From assembly GCF_009914755.1 (NCBI RefSeq), contig NC_060948.1: DNA of 64,000 bases, one strand, 5' to 3'. Source of the DNA: the human T2T-CHM13v2.0 reference genome, Homo sapiens. The notes under the pieces were generated by a model. That model did not search any database, was not told the origin of the DNA, and was given only the letters and a program-made list of their open reading frames with translations. Below, piece after piece: positions 55,611-64,000 of the stretch (the stretch's first letter is position 1; every line of letters begins with the position of its first letter). Made by a program: the position numbers and the translations under genes.

Positions 55611-58600
55611 ACTTTATAGGTGTTTTGACCCTTTTCTCTGGCTGCCTTTAAGAATTTTTCTGTACCATTGACCTTGGATAGTCTGATAACTACATGCCTT
55701 GTTCATGTGTGTATTTTTATAATATCTTGAAGGTTTTCTTTAAAATTCTTGTATCTGCACAACTGCTTCTCTAGAGAGATTAGGGAAGTTTTCTTGAATT
55801 ACTATTTTTTTTAGATGGCTTACTTTTTATTCTCTCTCAGGAATGTCTATAAGTCATAGGTTTGATCACTTTACATAATTCTATATTTCTCAAAGCTTTG
55901 TTTTTTAAATTATTTTTTCTTTATTTTGTTTGTCTTAATTCAAAAACTGGTCTTCAAGCTCTGAAATTCTTTCTTGTGCTTAGTCTAGTCTACTGTTAAA
56001 GCTTTCCACTGTATTTGGAAGTTTCTTAAGTGATTTTTTTTTTAATTTTGAGAAGTTCTCTTTGTTGTTTTTCCTTTATCATGTCTTCCTTTATTTCCTC
56101 AATTGCTTTCATGATGTCTTTGTGTTAATTTTCAACCTTCTCTTGGACGTCATTATACTTCCTTGTAATTCATGCTTTGAATACATCATCTGTCATTTCT
56201 GAGTTTTAAATGTTTTTAGGGTCTGTTGCTAGAGAGTTAGTATGATTTCTTGGTGTTGTGACTACATTCTGGTTTTTCATGATGCCAGAATTTTTATGCT
56301 GCTTCTTTCTCATCTGGAGAAGTTGGCACTTCTTTTTGAATTTATTTTTGCTTGGATGGTCTCTTCTCTCTCTCTCTCTTTCCCCCTCTCTCTCCCTGTC
56401 TCTCTCTCTCCACCCCCGCCCCCCCCAACCCTTAATATATATATTCTTCTTTTAGGGAGTGTGACTATAGAGTATGTCGGGTACAGCCTTTTGTCTTTGC
56501 TCCTATAGCTATTTGCACTTCTGTCAGCAGGCTTTTTCTTGGTCTGTGCAGTTTGACCTGCAGGCCAGTAGGTGATGCTTATGCTTAAGACGCAATAGAG
56601 GCAGGAGCCACTGTGTGTGTATTTGATTTGTGTTTAACTTGAAGTATTTTCTACTTTCCTTAGGTGATGCGCTGCACATTGGAATGCCTACTACCCTCAG
56701 CTTCGGGTTCAGTGTGGTGGGGGGAACACAGCGGAGCAGAGCGTGACTCCCTGACTTCCTCACAGTTTCCTCAGTGACAAGCACAGATGACTGGGGTGGC
56801 TGGGGGAGCTCCTGGTGAGATGCACTGAGGTCATTGCATGGGGTGAATGATTGTTCCAGCTCCATGTGCTAGATATGCAGGAATGTGATTAGCTTTTCTA
56901 TCACACTCCTGTCCCACTGCTTATGATTCAGATTCACACTTTTGTCTACCTTCAGGCTACAGTGTAGCTGAGACACATGGAAATGCCTGTACTGTAGCAT
57001 TCTGTGGGAGTGGTTTCAGGATGGAACCTCTTCACTCAGCCCAGTACAGACAGCTTTATGGCTCACCTCTTCTCCAATGTCGCAAGGCTGCTGCTTTGTG
57101 CTGAGGAGGGTAGGGGCTCCACCTTTTGACCCACGCACGTGGGCAGCAGTTGTGATGGTATCCGCTAGTTGGGCTGGCCTGACCTCCTGGTGGGTAGTCA
57201 GGTGCCAGGAGTCGTGGACCAGGTTAGATAACTTCTTGACTTTCAGGCCCCTAAGTGGCCCACTGGATGGCATATATGAGTCCAGAAGGGGCTAGACCAG
57301 GATTATATCAGCCCAGAATTTAGGAGCTGCTGTGATTAGGAGGGATGGATTGGTCTCTGGGTCACTGACAGAACAGTCAGGTTAGGGCAGGGAGAATGCT
57401 CAGGCAGTGGAAGTCAGAGGGAAGATCACAGGCCTTAGAGGCTGGGCTGCAGGTGAAATGGTCAGGAAAGAGCAGGATGGCTGTACTGTGAGCTTCTTAC
57501 TGGGAAAGTTAGGACCCCATGGCTGGGGTAGTGAAAACTGGCAGCTGCGGGGCATATGGCCTGCTTGCAGTTTCCTGCCATAGAAGTGGCACTGGGTTTC
57601 ACCATTGGGAGCATGTAAAGTTGCCTGGCCTACCCATACCCTCCCTGGTCCTAGGGTGGCAGGGGTGGACAGAGGCAGCAGTGACATATGCCCAGGATGG
57701 CCTATCAGTGGCCCTGGAAGTTCAGCTATAGCCACAGTCTTCAGATGGGGACAGGGTGGGTGCACTGGGAGACTGTTACTGTGTAAGTAAGCTCCACCTG
57801 GAAAAGAGCTACAAAGGCAAGGGGTCACGCAGTGTGCAGTCTGCCTTCTTCTCCACACTGTGGCTGCAGGTTCTGTCTTACATGCATGCAAAAATGCCCC
57901 ACCTCCTCATTACATTCCTAGCCTGTGGTTGGCAGTGGCAGAGGCAGGTGTGGTAGCACTTAGGCTCTCAGAGGAATGCTGAGCTGTGGTCACAGTGTTC
58001 AACTTGGGGAAGGGGAGCTGCACTGCACCACAAGGTTGTCACTGAAGCAGGCAAGCCCTGCATGGGAAGAAGCCACAGAGGTGGGGGATCATGCATTGCA
58101 TAGTCTGCCCATGCCTCTGTGCCCTGATTTTGGTATCTACTTTGACAGTGCCTAAAAGTGCCCTGCCTCCATGTTCCCTGCCTGGCCCATGGATAGCAGA
58201 GGCAAAGGCAGCAGTGTCAGAGGCTGCAGAGAGCATATTACCAGCCTCTGGGAGTTAAGCTTCAGTTGCAGTGTTCAGGTGGGGATGGGGCTGGTGTGCT
58301 GGAGGCCTGTCTCCAAAGCAGACTAACCCAATTTGGTGGGGTTCAATAGAGGTGAAGGGTCATGTAATGTGTCATCCGCCTGCTGCTTTGTACAATGGGA
58401 GTGGCATCTGTCCTGAGGGTAGTATCTGTCCTGGGAGTGTGCAAAAGTGCTTGGCCTCTCTCCTTGGCAAGGCAGTGGTGGCTGGCATGGAGCTGCTTGG
58501 GTATCAAAAGCTTGTTGATTCCATGTGGGCTTGAGCAGTACCTTTGCTCAGTCTCCAGGCAGCTCCCCATTTCAATCTGGAGACCCGCTGGGGGAGAGGG

Positions 58601-58959
58601 GTTAAAAAGGACTCTCCTGTCATGAGGGTTGTAAAGGTCCATGATGGAAGTGTGGAACCCCTTGGGTCTCTCACTCACTCACCCCTTCCATATGTTAGGA
58701 GGCCTCTCCCAGGTTCACACCAGTACTGGCTCTTCAGGCTGCGTAGCTTCACTCTCCTCTGCTTTCTATGGTTCCCAATGCTTCCCTGGTGAATTTAAGG
58801 ATACTCCCTTAGACAATCCACTGGAAGTGCCAATATGTACTTACTATTTTAATTCTTCTCCATGATATAGGCACTCACTAGCTGTTTCTAGTCAGCCATC
58901 TTGAACAGGGATAGCTTCTCCCATATTTAGTGTGAGACCTGCTCCAGCTTCTGGAGGTA

Positions 58960-59315
58960 AATTTAACTCACATTAGTATGGTGTACCTGCTTTCACTGGG
59001 TCCTCCTGGAGTTTTAACTATCAGACTTGTACACACAAAGCCTTAAGCAATTTATCAATTATAGCTTGTGTTTTCCTACTCCATCACTGTTACCTGTTGT
59101 GGTTTTTGCTTATGAGTTTCTTCTCCAATAAGCTCTGACTCTTAGTAAGCCTATCTGCCTCTCCAATCTTGGGAGCAATGGTTTTCCCTGTGTCCTTGCA
59201 TTTCTTATTTATCCGGAAGAGTAGTACATTTTTCAGGCTTCTTAATTTTTTTCCTTGCTAGAAAGAAGTGGCATCTTCCAAGCTCCTTACATGCAGAACT
59301 GGAAAACAAAAGCCC
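58960..59315 (-). mobile_element. L1MC/L1MD-type 5' end fragment
   Basis: cttccaagctccttacatgcagaactggaaa and gggagcaatggttttccctgtgtcc resemble antisense L1MCa/L1MDa 5' ends. Confidence 0.6.
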
Positions 59316-59419
59316 TATTTTCAGAATTGTCATGCACAGAATATGTTCTTTAATTTCATTTTCACATGTCAAAATCTAATGTTAATTGTTATAAGAAATA
59401 TTAGTTAATGAAATATTTG

Positions 59420-60150
59420 TTTTATATTTTCTCCAGACTTTTTCATTTCATATAAATATTATCATATATGTGGTCTTTGTGACTGCCTTCTTTTGCCTAA
59501 CATTACGTTTTCAAAATTTATCTAGTATGTATCAGTATGCTATTCCCTTTTATGGTTAAATAATATTCCACCGTATGCCTACATAACAGTCTGTTTATCT
59601 GATCATCTTTTGTATGAATATTTGATTTCTTTCCACTTTTGAGCTATTATTTATAATACTGATGTGAACACTCATGTAAAACATTTTCAGTGGACACAAG
59701 TTTTTATTTCTCTTGAGTATATATCTAAAGTGGAATGCAGAATAGGTGGGTTATGTGGTAAGTATATGTAAAATTTAGAATAACTTTCAGAGTGTTTTAC
59801 AAAGTACCTGCTACATTTTACATTTTTACAACCAATATGTGAGAGTTCTGATTTTTCCACATCTTCACCAACACTTGTTTTTGTTTTTTTTTTAAATTAT
59901 AGGCTTCCTCTATGAAATGGTTACTCATCTTTGTTTTCGTTTTCATTTCCCTGATGACTAACAATATTGGATATCTTTTTATGTGTGAATTGGTCATTTT
60001 ATATACAATTTGAAGAAATGTTTATTAATGTTTTTGCCTGTATTATTTGTCTTTTTATTATTCAGTTGTATGAGTTCTCCAAATAATCTTGACGCAAGTC
60101 TCTCATCAGATTCATGATCTGCAAATATTGTCTTCCATTCTGTGTGTAAA
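59420..60150 (-). mobile_element. L1MB/L1ME-like 3' region
   Basis: tgtggtctttgtgactgccttcttttg, tatggttaaataatattccac and tttcatttccctgatgactaac. Confidence 0.75.
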
Positions 60151-60190
60151 CATCTTTATAATCTCAACTTTATTTGGACTAATGTCTAAA

Positions 60191-60612
60191 ATGGCTATCA
60201 ATGTAAGACATAAGCATTTGCCTCCAAGAATTTGTATCTTGAAACTAAATTACCAACATGGTAGTATTAAGAGGTGCGGCCATTAGGAAGTGATGAAATT
60301 GAGGAAGGAAGTCTTCAGGGATTGGATTGGGGCTTTATAAAAAAGGCTTGAGGAATGGGTTCACTATCCTCTGCTTCTCTGCCATATGATAATACAATGT
60401 TCATCCCCTTGCTGTCCTTCCTATCCCTTCCATCATGTGAGGATATCTAGATGATGCCATGTGTAAGGAACAGGCCTTTACTAGAAACCAAATATACCAG
60501 TGTCTGGAGATTGGACTTTTCAGCTTCCAGAACTGTGAGGAAATAAATTTCTGTTCTTTATAAATTATCTAGTCTCAAGTGTTTTGTTATAGCAGCATGA
60601 ACTGACAAGATA
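60191..60612 (+). mobile_element. MSTD/MLT1A1-like MaLR solo LTR
   Basis: gtattaagaggtgcggccattaggaagtgat...ggacttttcagcttccagaactgtgagg..aataaatttctgttctttataaattatctagtctc. Confidence 0.8.
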
Positions 60613-62397
60613 ATATTCTTACACAAATTAATATAAAGCTAGATGGGTGGGACACATGAGAACAATTTACCAATAAGTAGTTTTAAATAAAATACTGAGA
60701 AAATGAATTCCTCAGTTAAATAAAAATAACATACAAAGATCTATGTGTGTGTATATATAATATCTATCCATATCTATATAAACTTGACTTTACATATACA
60801 CAAGGAAAATATGTTGTAAGATTCCATGTGGAGTTGCATTTCAAGAAAATATTTAGTTTAAGCTAAGTTATAAAGAGCAATGTTAGATAACATACACATC
60901 TTATAATAGTCTGTAATCGTATTTCCTTTCATTACAGATAAAACTTGAAATTTGAGAAAGTATTATTGCAAAATGTGAAATATGCTAATGTGAAGGTGCC
61001 TGAATGAATTGTTCAAGAGCTGTCTTATTGGAAAAATAAATTTAACTACATCTTTATTAACTTAAGCATAGTATACTGAAATTTGCTTACAGCAGTCAAC
61101 TCTGAGCAATTCTTCTGGCCAAAATGTAATGACAATGCTTTACTTCTATTATCTGAGATTGAAACAAATTCTGCCCATAATTTCTGGGTGATAAAAAGCT
61201 AAGAGTTTTAAAATTAAGCAGATTTCATTTGACAACTGAGCTGAAATTTTGAGTCAGCCCTAAACTCCAATCTGCTATGTCCTTTTCACTTTTGGTGACC
61301 TTTTACTATGCTTTAACTTTAGTGCCTTAACTTGGTAAAATTGAAAGAAGAACAAAATAAATGTTGTGAGAGAAACTTGATTTCTCTATATTATAATTTG
61401 ATTGTAAAATAATCACATTAATGATTCTAAGTCCCTTAATAATTGATTTACTAGCAGATATATTATCAAGCAAACACTAGTTAATGTTACTTTGTCACAT
61501 ATAATTACAATGCAAATTAAACATACACAACGCATGCCCTCAAGGAATTTATATACCACAACAGACATAATCACAAAGATACACATAAATGTATATACAT
61601 CATATGACCAAATTTATATTTTTGTGTTGAAATTATTAGTAATATAATAAATATACAAATCAAGTATTATTTCTATAATGTATAAGGTTATTAATTTTAA
61701 CTAGCATAGTACCCATGTTATTTTTGTTTTGAGACACATGTATCATATATTACTGAAGTATAACAACATGAAACAGAGGACAGAACTATATTTTTGATAC
61801 ATTATATTCATAGCTTAAATGTAGCTTATTTTTTGGATGTATGCTTATTTATTTGAGAATCTATCTTTTTGTTCCAAGAAAGTAGTTTTGGACTCATGCT
61901 ACAGCTCATCAATTAATTGCATGAATGTGATATGCAGTTTTTGTGCGCCTTAAAATTTAAATTATGCAGTATATATGTCAAATGATCTGCAAACTAAATA
62001 TGAAAGCAATATTACATATAATTTAGGACAACTATAAGACACTTTTTATAGTGTGTTTTTTTAATATAAACTCTGTTAACAGGACTAACTAAAAATACCT
62101 AATCTTTGCTCTTCACAAAAATAATGTCAATTATGTCCTGTCCATGTCCAAATTCTATATATCACGTGTCACAAGAAAATTCAATATTCTTTAAAAAGTT
62201 ACCCATAGATTGTGTCTATTATACACAAACAACTGTTGATGTCTGAATATTTTATTGCTATAATAATTGTGGATGCCTTTTAATACATTAAAATAAAATG
62301 TTTTAATATTAATTTAATGTTAATGTTAATGAAATGTTTTAATATTAATATTAATAAAATGTTTTAGTATTGATTTAATGTATTAATAATACATTAA

Positions 62398-64000
62398 CAA
62401 AACAAAGATGCCTATTTTTGCCACTTCTATTCAACAAAGTAATGGAAGTTTTAGCTAGAACAATTAGGCCAAAAAAAGAAAAAAGACGAAATAAAAGACT
62501 TCCAAGTTGGAAAAGAAAAAGTAACTATTTTTTATTGAAGATGACATAACCCATATATAGATAACCCTAAAGATTCCCAAAAAAACTCTTAGAACTAATC
62601 AATTTAGCAAAATTGCAAGATAAAAAAATAACCCACAAATATCAGTGGCTATTCTATATACTACCAACAAAAAATCTGAGAAGAAAATCAAGACAACGCG
62701 TCATTTAAAATAGCATCAGAAATAATAAAACTACTTAGGAATAAACTTTAAAATAAGAGGTGAAAAACTTGTACACTCAAAACTAAAAATATTGCTGAAT
62801 TAAATTGAAAAAGACACAAATAAATAGGAAGATATCTTGTGTTCATGGATTTAAAGACTTCATATTGTTAAGATGTTGCAGTACTACCCAAAGAAATGTG
62901 AGAATTAAATGAAATCCTTTTCAAAATCCCAGTAAAGATTTTGCAGAAATAGAAATATACATCTTAAAATTAATATGAAATTTCAAGGGATACCAAACAG
63001 CTAAAGCAATATTGAAAGAAAATTGGAGCTCTTATACTTTCTGATAGCAAATATATTACAAAACTAAAGCAATCAAAACAGTCTGGGACTGGCATAAAGA
63101 AAGATATATAGATCAATAGAATTGAACAGAGATTATAGAAAAAAATTGCATAATGTTCATATGATTTTTGACAAGGATGCCAAGACCCATTCAATGGGGA
63201 AAAAAGTGTTTTCAACAGATGTTGAGAAAACTGAGTATCTACATAAAAAAGAATAATAAAGTAGGGCCCTTACTTTATATATAAAAAAAATTAAAAATGT
63301 AAGAAAAACATATATTTAAACACTAAAACTATAAAACTTTAGAAGAACATATAAGGACATGATTTGTGACACTGGATTTGGTAATGATATCTTGAATGGC
63401 ACATCAAAAGCATAGTAAACAAAAGGAAAAAAGGATGAATTAGGTTACATCAAAATTAAGTTTTTTGGCATCAAAGAGTACTATCAACAGAAGGAAAAGT
63501 CAATCCAGAGAATGGGAGAAAATATTTGCAAATTATATATAACATGTTAGTATCCAGAATATGTAAAGAACACCTAGAATTTAACAACTTAAAAACAACA
63601 ACAACAAAAAAAACAAATTATAAAATGGGTAAAAGGCTTGAATAGACATTGAAGATACAAATGGCCAATAAGCACATAACATGTTTGATATCACTAATTA
63701 TTAGGGAAATGCACATAAAAACCGTAATGAGATCACACATTACACCCATTATAATGATTATCTCCAAAACAAAAAAAAAAAAGAAAAAAAAACAAAAAAC
63801 AGAAAATACTTGGAGAAATTGGAATACTTGTGCACTGCCATTAGAAATGTAATGTATTGCAGCTGCTGCAAAACACAGTTTGGTAGTTCTTCAAAAAATT
63901 AAGTATAGAATTACCATATGATGTAGTAATTCCACTTCTGGGTATATCAGCAAAAGAGTTGAAATCATGGACTCAATCAGATATTTGTACACCCATGTTC
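62398..64000 (+). mobile_element. L1M (L1MA/L1MB-type) ORF2 3' part; continues past the window end
   Basis: caaagatgcctatttttgccacttctattcaac (QGCPL-like), gaagatgacata and ORF 63649 (MANKHI..SLIIREMHIKTVMRSH). Confidence 0.88.

Larger units (their letters stand above)
50540..58910 (-). mobile_element. Old L1 (L1M1/L1M2-type): 5' UTR, ORF1 and 5' ORF2; 3'-truncated; interrupted by an MSTA provirus
   Basis: Antisense ORF2 from 50540 (ORF 51510-51785 LIDIYRTFY), ORF1 around 52250-56500 and a GC-rich 5' UTR. The start reads caagatggctgactagaaacagctagtg on the minus strand. Confidence 0.85.

Noticed and set aside
56524-58865. Cluster of ORFs in GC-rich DNA suggesting a gene or CpG island
   Set aside because: The cluster lies in the 5' UTR of an old minus-strand L1, is CpG-depleted and shows no recognisable protein motif.

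Overview
This is AT-rich primate (human-like) genomic DNA. Roughly three quarters of it is recognisable interspersed repeat: L1s of several ages, Alus, ERV1/ERVL/MaLR LTR elements and a Tigger MITE. I find no intact cellular protein-coding gene, RNA gene or CRISPR array. The longer ORFs are broken L1 ORF1/ORF2 pieces or chance frames in Alu, LTR and L1 UTR sequence. Subfamily names come from remembered consensus sequences and need RepeatMasker/Dfam confirmation. The most notable structure is a full-length L1PA element (21951-33570) with a matching 13-bp TSD. It carries 4.9 kb of older genomic DNA inside ORF2, flanked by a 44-bp duplication of L1 sequence. It lies head-to-head with a closely related, 3'-truncated inverted L1. 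Other rearrangement scars include an inverted 65-bp locally templated insertion, an L1 ORF1 filler at a breakpoint, several tandem duplications, a tailless Alu and a MER4 nest with opposed halves. I see no evidence of a new protein-coding system.
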